From IMG/VR virus record IMGVR_UViG_3300032218_002221, positions 1-44,070 of that record: a stretch of 44,070 nt of DNA; one strand, 5' to 3'. The DNA is from a virus. Its lineage: Duplodnaviria; Caudoviricetes. A program made the position numbers and the translations under genes. Below the pieces are notes generated by a model. It saw only the letters and a program-made list of their open reading frames with translations, had not been told where the DNA came from and searched no databases. Of the stretch, positions 17,975-28,101 are shown piece by piece. The first letter of the stretch is position 1. Each line of letters starts with the position of its first letter.

Positions 17975-20900
17975 ATGCCTTCGAATTACGATTTTAAATC
18001 ATTTCCATATTATGATGATTATGATACTACTAAAAAGTTTCATAGAATACTTTTTAAACCCGGTTATGCAGTTCAGTCAAGAGAATTAACTCAATCACAA
18101 ACAATACTTCAAAATCAAATAGAAAGAGTATCTGATTTTCTATTTCAAAAAGGTGCAATGGTCATTCCAGGTGAAATTGGATTTGACTTAAATTATGATT
18201 ATGTAAAATTAACTTCTAAAACTTATACAGACGTATCTTTATATATTGGTAAAAAATTAACAGGAGTAACATCTGGAGTTGTTGCAACTTGTGTTAATGC
18301 AATTGCTGCAGATGGAACAGATCCTGATACTTTATATGTCAAATATTCAAAAACAGGAACTAATAATACAAATTTTGTTTTTACAGATGGTGAAACAATT
18401 AATGCGACTAGTTTAACTGGAACTACTACACTTGCAACTGCTGTTGTTGATTCAACGGGTACAGGTTCTGCTGCAAGTATTGCCGCAGGAGTTTATTATA
18501 TCAATGGATTTCAAGTTGCTGTTGATGCCACTACTTTAATATTAGACAAATATTCAAATACACCAAGTTATAGAATTGGTTTAACCGTAGATGAAAATAT
18601 TGTAACTACTAATACAGATTCTTCATTGTATGATATTGCACAAATAAAAACAGATGGTACTACAGTTTCTAATTACAATGCAATTGGTGCTGATAGATTT
18701 CAAATTCAATTATTATTATCTAAAAAAACTTTATCAGACGCAGATGATACAAATTTTGTAGAATTATTAAGATTGCAAAATGGTATTAGACAAAATAAAG
18801 TTCGTTCATCACAATATTCCGTTTTAGAAGATACTTTAGCAAGAAGAACGTCTGACGAATCTGGTGATTATGCTGTTAGAGATTTTGATTTAGATATTAG
18901 AGAACAATATAATAATGGTGGTAATAGAGGTATCTATACATTATCACAAGGAGGATTAGATGATTATTCTTTGTTAACAGCAGTATTGTCTCCAGGAAAA
19001 GCATATGTCAAAGGTTATGAAATTGAAACAATTGGACCTAGTTATTTAAATATTCCTAAATCAAGAAATTTTACAACTGCTAATAATTCGAATACAAATT
19101 TTACAGTTGGTAATTATATAAATGTAAAAAACGTTTATGGTTCTCCTGATATTAGTTTTTTATCATCTGTTAGTGAAGCATTTAAAAGAATAAATTTATA
19201 TAACACACCAACAGCAGTTAAAGGAACACAACAATCAACAAACGGAGTTTTTGTTCCTCAAATTGGTATAGCAAAATCTAGAGGATTTGAATTAAATAGT
19301 GGTACTTCTGCATCAGGTGTATTTGCAAATTCATCTTTATCAAGTGCTATTTACAAACATTATCTATTTGACATAGAAATGTTTACACATCTTAATATTA
19401 GAACAGCACAAGTATTTACAGATGGAGAAAAAATAGTTGGAAGCACTTCAGGTGCATTTGGTTATAAACAACTCTATAGTTCTGTAAAAAGTGCAACGAT
19501 TACAAATATTGCACAAAGTACTACTGCAACTGTTACTTCTAATGGTCATTCATTTTTAGATGGACAACAAATATTTATTTCAGGTGTAGTTGGAATGATT
19601 GAAGTAAATAATAGAACTTTTGTTGTTCGAAATCCAACTACAAATACTTTTCAACTATATGACATTGATGGTATAACACCTATTGATTCTAACGTACTTA
19701 CTTTATACAGTTCTGGTGGTACAGCAGTTCATGGTGTTATTGTATTAAACAATGTCTCAGGAACATTTCTTCCAGGAGAAACAATTACAGGAACTACATC
19801 AAGTTTAACTGCTGTTATACAAACAAACACAGTTGGATTTAAAGGAGTACAAACGTTTGATACAAGTTATGTAAAACAACTTGGAATGGTGGGTTCTCCT
19901 ACATACACAGCAGATACAGCATTAGATGCTTATGGATCAACTAAAAAAATTTCAGGATCAATTACAGTTGCTAATAACTCTAGTGCAATTCAAGGTTTTG
20001 GTACATTTTTTACAACAGAATTAAGAATAGGAGATTCAATAACATTTATAACTGATGCAGGAGTTTCTTTAACTAGATTTGTAGCAGCAATTGTTTCAGA
20101 TACTTCTTTAACATTAACTGCAACTGTAGGTGCGTCTGGTGTATCTACAAAAACAAGTGTAACTGTGGGAAGAGCATCAATACAAGATTCTACAAATAAT
20201 ATTGCTGTATTTCCTTTACCTTATAAAACTATAAAAACTTTAAACACAACTTCAAATGGTGGAATATCAGATACTAATTTTACTATTAGAAGAGCATACA
20301 CACTAACTTTATCAGGTGGAACAGGAACAATATCAGCAGGTTCGAATGAAGTATTTTCTTCTGCTGTAGAAAAAGATTACGTTGTTTCTGTATTGACTAT
20401 TGGTTCTTCTTCAGGAGTAAGTGTAGGAGACGTATTAGCAGTTACTGGAAATAACTATGCAGGAGGCCAAATATTTACTTTAGGTGGAACTCCAACTGGA
20501 AAAACATTAACATTAAATTATGGTTCAAATTATGGAACGGTTACATTAAAAATATTGGCAACGGTGAATCGTTCAGTTGCATATCAAAAGACAAAAACTC
20601 TAGTTACAGGTGCTACAACAACTATTACAACTCAAGCAGCAGCACAAGCAAGTGTTATATCTTTAGGAAAAGCAGATGCAACTTCTATAACAGGCGTTTA
20701 TATGTCTGCAAATTTTTCAACTACACCTACTACAGCAAGTACAGATATTACAAATAGATTTGATTTTGATAATGGACAACGTGATAATTTTTACGACTTA
20801 GGTAGAATAAAATTAAAAACAGGTGCTATAGTTCCAACAGGACAATTGTTAATAGTATTTAATTATTACGATCATGGATCTGGAGATTACTTTAGCGTTG

Positions 20901-23900
20901 ATTCTTATCCTAGTGATTACAATTCTTACATTAGTATTCCAACATATACTTCAGATACGACAGGTATTGTTTATAGTCTTAGAGATTGTTTAGATTTTAG
21001 ACCTAGAGTTGCAGATGCTTCTGTAATAAATGGTACATTTCAGGATAGAACATTTCAAACAACATCTACTTCAATTGCAACAGGTGCTTCAATTGTAGAT
21101 ATAGTTCAGTTTAATTCAGGAGTTAGAGCAGATATAGAATATTATTTACCTAGAATTGATAAAATATTTTTAGATAAAGATGGTAATTTTAAACTTGTAT
21201 CTGGTGCTGGTGCAATAACTCCTCAAGTTCCTAAAGGACTTGACAATGCTATGCACTTATATACTATTTCATTAAATCCTTATACTTTTAGTGCAAAAGA
21301 TTTAATTATTACTAAACAAGATAATAAACGATATACTATGAGAGATATTGGTCGTTTAGAAAATAGAATTGCTAACGTAGAATATTATACTCAATTATCT
21401 TTATTAGAAACTCAAACTGCAGGATTACAAATATTAGATAGTCAAGGATTAGATAGATATAAAAATGGATTTTTTGTAGATGATTTTACTGGTCATGGAA
21501 TTGGAGATCCTACAAATTTAGATTACAAAGTTGCTATGGATATGGCAAATGGTTTGATGAGACCAACATGCAATTCTGATGCTGTAAAATTTATTGAACA
21601 AAATACTACTAATACTTCAAGACTTTTAAATAATTATCAAAAAACAGGAAGTTTATTAACATTACCTTATACTGAAAAAACTGTAATAACACAACCATAT
21701 GCAAGTCATTATGAAAATGTAAATCCTTTTAATATATTTACTTGGGCAGGTTCTATAGTTCTTGATCCTCCTGGAGATGAATGGAAAGAAACTAATAGAG
21801 TTCCTGATTTAATAGTAAATCAAATGGGATCATTTGATACTATGGTTGCGGGTTTAGGTAATCCTAATTTAAATAGTGTAGAAATTAGTACTATATGGAA
21901 TGATTGGCAAGATTTTTGGATGGGTACACCTGTAGAAACTTCTACGGCTGGAGGAACTTATAGAGGAAGAAATACTGAAGCTGGAAACGGAAGAGGAGCT
22001 GGTGGTTGGACAGTTTTAGCACAAGATGTAACTACAACAACTGCACAACAAATAGGTCAAACACGTAGCGGTATTCGAACTGCAATAGTTCCACAAATAG
22101 TTTCAACATCTTTAGGAGACAAATTATTAAGTGTTGCATTTATTCCTTTTATTCGTAGTAGAACAATTAATTTTACTGCAACAAGATTAAAACCTAATAC
22201 AAAAGTTTATCCTTTCTTTGATAATATTTCTGTAGCAACTTATGTAACACCGACAGGTGGAATAACAGGAGGTGCTTTAATTACTGATGCTAATGGTGCA
22301 GTATCAGGAACATTTACAATTCCTAATCCTACTGTAGATAGTAATCCTAGATGGAGAACGGGACAAAAAGTTTTTAGATTAACAAGTTCTATTACAAATT
22401 CAATTACAGATGTTGAAACTTCAGCAGAAGGTGATTATGTTGCAAAAGGAACTATTGAAACTACACAAAATACAATTGTATCTACTAGACAAGCAACTGT
22501 AGTTAGACAAGATGTTGTTGACACTAGAAGTATATCAAGAACATCAACTAGAACAACACAAGAAGTTATTGCTTGGATTGATCCTATTGCACAAACATTT
22601 TTAGTAGATGATGTAGGTGGAATTTTTGCTACATCTATTGACGTTTATTTTCAATCAAAAGATGCTAACATTCCTGTAACATTACAAATTAGAGAAGTAA
22701 TAAATGGTTATCCTTCTCGTACTTTAGTACCATTTGGTGAAGTAACTTTAAATCCAAGTTCTGTAAATGTGAGTGATGATGCCACTTTAGCTACCACATT
22801 TACTTTCCCTTCTCCTGTTTATTTACAAGAGAAAACAGAATATTGTTTCTGTTTATTAAGTAATTGTAATAATTATAATGCTTGGGTAGGAACAATAGGT
22901 GAAACACAAGTAAATTCAAATAGAACAATATCTGATAATCCATATGCAGGGGTTTTCTTTAAATCACAAAATGGATCAACTTGGACAGCAGATCAAACAA
23001 CAGATATTATGTTCAAATTAAAAAGAGCAGCTTTTGAAAATGTTATTGGAAACGTAACACTTGTTAATGATGTATTACCTACAAAACTTTTAGCAACAAA
23101 TGCTATAAGAACAACTGCATCATCAGCAGTGGTTAGAGTATTCCATAAAAATCATGGTATGCACAGTTCAAGTAATTATGTTACTATTTCAGGAGTGCCT
23201 GCTGGAACATATAACGGTATTGCATCAACGGCAATTAATGGAACGTTTACAAATTTACAAAATATTACATTAGATAGTTACGATATTACATTATCTCAAA
23301 CTGCAACAGGTTCAGGAGATATAGGTGGTACTACAATTAATGCTACTCAAAATAGAATATTTGATGTTGCTAATTTAAATTTATCTACTTTAACTGTAGG
23401 TGGAACATCATTGGATTATATCATATTAACAGTTTCAGGTAAATCTTTACATGGAACAGAAACAGAATTTGTTTACAATAGTAATGACCTAAGTGTTCAC
23501 CCAGGTGATAATATTTACTTTACTTCACCTCAATTAGTTGCAAGTTCAATTAATGAAACAAATCTTTTAACAACTACAGGTAAAAAATCTATATTCTTAA
23601 ATATAACATTAAATACTGAAAATTTAGATTCTGATGGAACATCAAAATTATCTCCTGTTATTGATACAGGAAGATTAAGTATGGTTGTTGTACAAAATAG
23701 ATTAAATAATCCTACTTCCATAAATACTCCAAATTATGTTTCAGATACTTCTCCTTCTGGAAGCTCTTCTGCTGCAATTTATGTGGGAAGACCAATTACA
23801 CTTGCCAATCCATCAACTGCTTTAGATGTAAGATTGACTTCTAACGTAAGATCAGGTTCGACTGTAAAAGTATTCTATAGAACAACAAGTGCAACTGAAG

Positions 23901-24118
23901 TTAGAGATATAAAAGATTTATCTTGGATTCCATTTAACATAGATGGAAATGAAGATGTAACTATTCCATTTGCAAGTAATTCAACTTTTACTGAATACAA
24001 ATATTCGGTTTCTAATATTACTCAATTTACTGCATTTCAAATTAAAATAGTATTAAAAGGAACAAATTCATCTTATCCTCCATTAGTTAGAGATTTAAGA
24101 GGAATAGCATTGGCGTAA
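17975..24118 (+). CDS. vrlC: very large virion structural protein, VrlC/DUF4815-like, 2047 aa
   Basis: PYYDDYD...RILFKPGYAVQSRELTQSQTILQNQ, LARRTSDESGDY, DNGQRDNFYD, RYTMRDIGRLENRI, GFFVDDF, DPIAQTF and C-terminal DLRGIALA. Confidence 0.85.
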   Translation: MPSNYDFKSFPYYDDYDTTKKFHRILFKPGYAVQSRELTQSQTILQNQIERVSDFLFQKGAMVIPGEIGFDLNYDYVKLTSKTYTDVSLYIGKKLTGVTSGVVATCVNAIAADGTDPDTLYVKYSKTGTNNTNFVFTDGETINATSLTGTTTLATAVVDSTGTGSAASIAAGVYYINGFQVAVDATTLILDKYSNTPSYRIGLTVDENIVTTNTDSSLYDIAQIKTDGTTVSNYNAIGADRFQIQLLLSKKTLSDADDTNFVELLRLQNGIRQNKVRSSQYSVLEDTLARRTSDESGDYAVRDFDLDIREQYNNGGNRGIYTLSQGGLDDYSLLTAVLSPGKAYVKGYEIETIGPSYLNIPKSRNFTTANNSNTNFTVGNYINVKNVYGSPDISFLSSVSEAFKRINLYNTPTAVKGTQQSTNGVFVPQIGIAKSRGFELNSGTSASGVFANSSLSSAIYKHYLFDIEMFTHLNIRTAQVFTDGEKIVGSTSGAFGYKQLYSSVKSATITNIAQSTTATVTSNGHSFLDGQQIFISGVVGMIEVNNRTFVVRNPTTNTFQLYDIDGITPIDSNVLTLYSSGGTAVHGVIVLNNVSGTFLPGETITGTTSSLTAVIQTNTVGFKGVQTFDTSYVKQLGMVGSPTYTADTALDAYGSTKKISGSITVANNSSAIQGFGTFFTTELRIGDSITFITDAGVSLTRFVAAIVSDTSLTLTATVGASGVSTKTSVTVGRASIQDSTNNIAVFPLPYKTIKTLNTTSNGGISDTNFTIRRAYTLTLSGGTGTISAGSNEVFSSAVEKDYVVSVLTIGSSSGVSVGDVLAVTGNNYAGGQIFTLGGTPTGKTLTLNYGSNYGTVTLKILATVNRSVAYQKTKTLVTGATTTITTQAAAQASVISLGKADATSITGVYMSANFSTTPTTASTDITNRFDFDNGQRDNFYDLGRIKLKTGAIVPTGQLLIVFNYYDHGSGDYFSVDSYPSDYNSYISIPTYTSDTTGIVYSLRDCLDFRPRVADASVINGTFQDRTFQTTSTSIATGASIVDIVQFNSGVRADIEYYLPRIDKIFLDKDGNFKLVSGAGAITPQVPKGLDNAMHLYTISLNPYTFSAKDLIITKQDNKRYTMRDIGRLENRIANVEYYTQLSLLETQTAGLQILDSQGLDRYKNGFFVDDFTGHGIGDPTNLDYKVAMDMANGLMRPTCNSDAVKFIEQNTTNTSRLLNNYQKTGSLLTLPYTEKTVITQPYASHYENVNPFNIFTWAGSIVLDPPGDEWKETNRVPDLIVNQMGSFDTMVAGLGNPNLNSVEISTIWNDWQDFWMGTPVETSTAGGTYRGRNTEAGNGRGAGGWTVLAQDVTTTTAQQIGQTRSGIRTAIVPQIVSTSLGDKLLSVAFIPFIRSRTINFTATRLKPNTKVYPFFDNISVATYVTPTGGITGGALITDANGAVSGTFTIPNPTVDSNPRWRTGQKVFRLTSSITNSITDVETSAEGDYVAKGTIETTQNTIVSTRQATVVRQDVVDTRSISRTSTRTTQEVIAWIDPIAQTFLVDDVGGIFATSIDVYFQSKDANIPVTLQIREVINGYPSRTLVPFGEVTLNPSSVNVSDDATLATTFTFPSPVYLQEKTEYCFCLLSNCNNYNAWVGTIGETQVNSNRTISDNPYAGVFFKSQNGSTWTADQTTDIMFKLKRAAFENVIGNVTLVNDVLPTKLLATNAIRTTASSAVVRVFHKNHGMHSSSNYVTISGVPAGTYNGIASTAINGTFTNLQNITLDSYDITLSQTATGSGDIGGTTINATQNRIFDVANLNLSTLTVGGTSLDYIILTVSGKSLHGTETEFVYNSNDLSVHPGDNIYFTSPQLVASSINETNLLTTTGKKSIFLNITLNTENLDSDGTSKLSPVIDTGRLSMVVVQNRLNNPTSINTPNYVSDTSPSGSSSAAIYVGRPITLANPSTALDVRLTSNVRSGSTVKVFYRTTSATEVRDIKDLSWIPFNIDGNEDVTIPFASNSTFTEYKYSVSNITQFTAFQIKIVLKGTNSSYPPLVRDLRGIALA

Positions 24119-24119
24119 T

Positions 24120-24338
24120 ATGAAAATAAAAGTTGAAGGATATAGTTCTTATGTTAGAGATGTTCGTAATAATGCAATTATAAATGATAATAAAAGTGAA
24201 TATGAATTATATATGAGCAGAATAACTAATAGAGAAAAACAAAGTGATGAAATAAGAAATGCTGTTAAAGAAATAAATATATTAAGAACGGAATTAGAAG
24301 AAATTAAAAGTTTATTAAAAGAGGTAATTAAAAAATAA
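24120..24338 (+). CDS. small coiled-coil protein following the VrlC-like gene
   Basis: KVEGYSSYVRD...AIIN, then a heptad C-terminus EINILRTELEEIKSLLKE. Confidence 0.75.
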   Translation: MKIKVEGYSSYVRDVRNNAIINDNKSEYELYMSRITNREKQSDEIRNAVKEINILRTELEEIKSLLKEVIKK

Positions 24339-24340
24339 TC

Positions 24341-25720
24341 ATGGCACTTACAGTAATTAATACTACAGATACACTAGAACAAATGCGAGTTAAGTTAAAT
24401 AACTTAACACAAAATGATTTTGGTGATCCTGCTTTATTATCAACAACCGGATTTCAAGCAACATCTGTTATGGGTGCTATTGTTGAGGTTGCTGGTTATG
24501 TTACTAATACGTTTGCATTTACAGTTAAAGATACTGCAAACGCTTCTCAATTAGTTGGACCTGGTACACAACTTAGATTTGCTTCAACAACAAATCAAAT
24601 TACTGCGTCCGTTTCTTCTGGCCCAACAATAACTTTTAGTCTTCCAAATACTGTAACTGTAAATAATCAAATAAATGCAGGTAATTTGTCTTTATCTAAT
24701 GGAAGTATAACTTCATCAAGTAATAATATATCTTTTTCAAATAATAATTTAAGTACTACAGGTACATTAGGTGCTGGTGCCATAACTGCAACCTCATATA
24801 CTTCTTCAGGAAATATAACAATTAATACAAATAAATTTGTAGTTACAGGTGCAACCGGTAATACGTCAGTTGGTGGAACTTTAGGTGTAACAGGATTACT
24901 TACTTCTGCTGGAGGAATATATGTTTCTGGTGGAAATATTCAATTTGAAGGTGTTACAGCAAATGCGTTTAAAACAACGTTAGATGTTGTAGATCCTACA
25001 GCAAACAGAACAATCACATTACCTAACGTTTCAGGTGCGATTGTTACTACAGGTGATGTGGGTACAATTACAAGTACAATGATTGCAGATAGTACAATTA
25101 TAAATTCTGATATTGCTGATAATACCATTAGAGGTGTAAAATTTAATACATCTGCAGATAATGTAACATTTGCTAGCGTTACTGCTACAACTTTTACAGG
25201 TACGGCAAGTGCTGCTGCAACAGTCCAAACATCTCCTCAGGATAGTGATAGTAATCCATATTATTTAACTTTTGTAGCAAGTAATTTAGGAAGCAATCAA
25301 GTTGTAAGAACAGATACAGATTTATCATACAATCCAGGAACAAATATTTTAACTACTACTGCTTTAAAAGCACAATACGCCGATCTTGCCGAAATATATG
25401 AAACAGATAAAATATATGATATTGGTACAGTTGTAATGATAGGTGGAGAAAAAGAAGTTACAGAATGTTTTGTAGGTAAAAGAGCATTAGGAGTTATTTC
25501 AGATAGACCTGCTTTTTTAATGAACGCAAAAGGAAAAGGTCAACCTATTGCATTAAAAGGACGTGTAAAAATTAAAGTTACAGGACCTGTTAAAAAAGGT
25601 GATGAATTAGTTGCAGGTAACGGTGGTTATGCTACAACAATCAGTGAAGAATTTACAAAAGTATTTGCGATTGCTTTAGAAGATAATGATAAAGGCTTAA
25701 TCGAAGCAGTTATATTATAA
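24341..25720 (+). CDS. tail fibre with C-terminal peptidase G2-like autocleaving chaperone domain
   Basis: INTTDTLEQMRVKLN N-terminus and Thr/Gly shaft. C-terminal AQYADLAEIYETD...GTVVMIGGEKEVT...GVISDRPAFLMN...IALKGRV...KKGDELV. Confidence 0.8.
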   Translation: MALTVINTTDTLEQMRVKLNNLTQNDFGDPALLSTTGFQATSVMGAIVEVAGYVTNTFAFTVKDTANASQLVGPGTQLRFASTTNQITASVSSGPTITFSLPNTVTVNNQINAGNLSLSNGSITSSSNNISFSNNNLSTTGTLGAGAITATSYTSSGNITINTNKFVVTGATGNTSVGGTLGVTGLLTSAGGIYVSGGNIQFEGVTANAFKTTLDVVDPTANRTITLPNVSGAIVTTGDVGTITSTMIADSTIINSDIADNTIRGVKFNTSADNVTFASVTATTFTGTASAAATVQTSPQDSDSNPYYLTFVASNLGSNQVVRTDTDLSYNPGTNILTTTALKAQYADLAEIYETDKIYDIGTVVMIGGEKEVTECFVGKRALGVISDRPAFLMNAKGKGQPIALKGRVKIKVTGPVKKGDELVAGNGGYATTISEEFTKVFAIALEDNDKGLIEAVIL

Positions 25721-25729
25721 TTTAATCAT

Positions 25730-25737
25730 ACTAAATA
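25730..25737 (+). promoter_or_regulatory. possible late-promoter variant ACTAAATA heading the enzyme operon
   Basis: TAAATA core in the 23-nt intergenic gap, 6 nt before ATG 25744. Confidence 0.4.
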
Positions 25738-25743
25738 TTAAGT

Positions 25744-26193
25744 ATGATTGATGCTTTAACTGATGAAATTTTATCTTTCCATAGATACGAAAACAATCAA
25801 ATTATTTACATAGATAAAGAAGGCAAAGACTATAAAGTTAAAGACGAAATAACTTATGGTACTTGGATTAAAACTTATAAAGACATTCCTCATATAAAAG
25901 TTGAAGGATTGGAAGATAAATTTTTTCATTTAAAAATATTAAAAGATTTTAATTTAGATCATAAAGTAAATAGTGTTCATTTATTTTATAATCAATATGG
26001 TGGATTTTCTTTTCCTGAACATGCAGATGATACTAACGTTCTTTTATATATTGTAAAAGGATCAAAAAAAGTTTATGTAGATAATCACCCAACTTTAGTA
26101 AAAGAAGAACAAGCAATTTTTATACCCAAAGGAGTAAAACATAGAGTTGATAGTTCCGAAAACACTTGGGCATTAAGTATAGGATTTAATTAA
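25744..26193 (+). CDS. cupin/JmjC-like Fe(II) oxygenase
   Basis: SFPEHADDTNVLLYIVKGSKKV (HxD) and FIPKGVKHRV (distal His). Confidence 0.8.
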   Translation: MIDALTDEILSFHRYENNQIIYIDKEGKDYKVKDEITYGTWIKTYKDIPHIKVEGLEDKFFHLKILKDFNLDHKVNSVHLFYNQYGGFSFPEHADDTNVLLYIVKGSKKVYVDNHPTLVKEEQAIFIPKGVKHRVDSSENTWALSIGFN

Positions 26194-27230
26194 TGAATTG
26201 GATGTTTTATTTAAAGACAACTGAAACTTGTCAACTGAATTGCAAACACTGTTTTACTAGTGGCATAAACGGTAAAAAGATTTACTTTAATCATTTTAAA
26301 ACAATAGATTTCATAAAAAGATTTAGACAATATTTTAATAAAGATGAAGATACTATTCATTTAGAATTTCATGGTGGTGAACCTTTTTTGGCGCCAGTAT
26401 CTCACATGAATAAAGTATATGAAGAATGTAAAGACTTGTGGCCTAATATGTCGTGGGGCATAACTTCAAATCTTGTTTTTAAATTAAAAGACGAACATTA
26501 TGAATTTATAAAAGGACCTTTAAACAATCGTATGGGTACAAGTTGGGACCCTAAAATACGATTTGAAAATGATGCACAATATAATCTATGGGAAAAAAAC
26601 GTTAAAGATTTATTAAACAGAGGTGTTACAATTAAATTGTTTATCAGTGTAACTAAAGATACTATTGCCATGGAACCTATTGAATTATTAAAATGGATTA
26701 AAGAGTTAGGTGTACAAGAAATATCTTTTGAAAGATTAACGGGTAATGGTAATGCAAAATTACATCCTGAGATATTCCCAGATAACATAGAACAAGACAA
26801 ATGGTTTTTAAAAATGCACCATCAATCTAAAGAATTTAATTGTAGAAGTTGGTTTGACAATGAAACATTAGAGGTTATATACAGTAAATTTGAAACTGGA
26901 TTTTTAAAAGGTGGCACTTTTTGTAGAGATTGCGAACAGAAGATATTTACAATAAATGCAGATGGAACGATATCTGGATGCCCAAATTCAGCACCAGAGT
27001 TCTCCTTTGGTACTATAAATGACGATATACAAAGTATTATAAATAGTCCTATAAGAATAGAGAACATTGCTTGTGAACGTGCAAGAAATCCTATATGTTT
27101 TTCTTGCGAAGTTTTTGAGTTTTGTGGTGGTGATTGTCATCAACTTGCTTGGCAAGGAAATATATGTGGCGCACCTAAGAGTTTAATGAAGGAATTAAAA
27201 AGTAGTATAAAATATGACAACGTTAAATAA
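26193..27230 (+). CDS. radical SAM/SPASM-domain enzyme 1
   Basis: CQLNCKHC (CX3CX2C) and FHGGEPFL. C-terminal CRDC...INADGTISGCP...C...CFSCEVFEFCGGDC...C. Confidence 0.92.
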   Translation: MNWMFYLKTTETCQLNCKHCFTSGINGKKIYFNHFKTIDFIKRFRQYFNKDEDTIHLEFHGGEPFLAPVSHMNKVYEECKDLWPNMSWGITSNLVFKLKDEHYEFIKGPLNNRMGTSWDPKIRFENDAQYNLWEKNVKDLLNRGVTIKLFISVTKDTIAMEPIELLKWIKELGVQEISFERLTGNGNAKLHPEIFPDNIEQDKWFLKMHHQSKEFNCRSWFDNETLEVIYSKFETGFLKGGTFCRDCEQKIFTINADGTISGCPNSAPEFSFGTINDDIQSIINSPIRIENIACERARNPICFSCEVFEFCGGDCHQLAWQGNICGAPKSLMKELKSSIKYDNVK

Positions 27231-28101
27231 TCCAATAGAATCTCAAAATCTTATTGATAGATTTGCAGATTTTGTAACAGCAGTCGTTAATGGAAGTGCA
27301 ACAAATGTACCTGCTGATAATATAATCTGGGCAGCAGATACAAAACCATTTGCAGATTTTGATGGAAATCTATTAACAGGTAATTTGGCTGATCCAATTA
27401 CACTAAGTATTGGTGCGAATAATCTAGGAGGAAGTGGCGCTGTAATTAATGCAAATACTATTAATAGAGTTTTATTAGGACAACTTGCCATCTATACAAA
27501 TGTTAGAAAATTAAGAGCAATATTAAACGTTACGGGTGGAGGAGGAAATACAGGATCGTATGCTAATACTGGAGTTTTTTCTGATCAAACAGGTAAAGCA
27601 AAAATGAACAATTCTTATTTGCAAACGTTTGGTAGTTCATATACATTATCAGGTGTTACTCTTACAGGAACAGAAGGACAATTTTCTTGCAACAGTACAT
27701 ATTTGTTTCCTACACAGGCAATTACAGTTTCAGGAACATTAACTGGTACTGCAACTTTTATTGATCCTACTACTACAACTTCAGTTTATTCCGATCCTAC
27801 AACTTTTTATGTTGTTGCTACAAACAATTCAACAACGTTTCAATTATCGCTTAGTCGTTATGGTACACCTATTGCATCACAGTTAGGTTCATTAAATGGA
27901 TTAACTTTTCTTACATCATACGTTGTTGATAAAGCAGGAACCCAATTAGGAAGTCTAATTGGAACAACACAATTAGAAACATTTTTTACAAATTTACAAA
28001 CGCAATATACAACGGCACGAGATAATACTGTAACTATTCAAGTGGACGTATGTCATGCAAGTTGTCATAGTTCATGTCACAGTAATAGAGGAAGAAGATA
28101 A
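27214..28101 (+). CDS. virion-like protein with C-terminal (CHxS)-repeat tail; candidate substrate/precursor of the cluster
   Basis: Thr/Gly/Ser/Asn-rich composition like the fibre genes. Ends VDVCHASCHSSCHSNRGRR. It is the only structural-looking gene inside the enzyme operon. Confidence 0.75.
   Translation: MTTLNNPIESQNLIDRFADFVTAVVNGSATNVPADNIIWAADTKPFADFDGNLLTGNLADPITLSIGANNLGGSGAVINANTINRVLLGQLAIYTNVRKLRAILNVTGGGGNTGSYANTGVFSDQTGKAKMNNSYLQTFGSSYTLSGVTLTGTEGQFSCNSTYLFPTQAITVSGTLTGTATFIDPTTTTSVYSDPTTFYVVATNNSTTFQLSLSRYGTPIASQLGSLNGLTFLTSYVVDKAGTQLGSLIGTTQLETFFTNLQTQYTTARDNTVTIQVDVCHASCHSSCHSNRGRR
28051..28086 (+). repeat. three 12-nt units encoding CHAS-CHSS-CHSN
   Basis: tgtcatgcaagt tgtcatagttca tgtcacagtaat. 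Confidence 0.9.

Noticed and set aside
28051-28086. CHASCH read as a c-type heme attachment site
   Set aside because: The spacing is CX3CH, not the canonical CXXCH. The protein has no signal peptide and no cytochrome c maturation genes are present.
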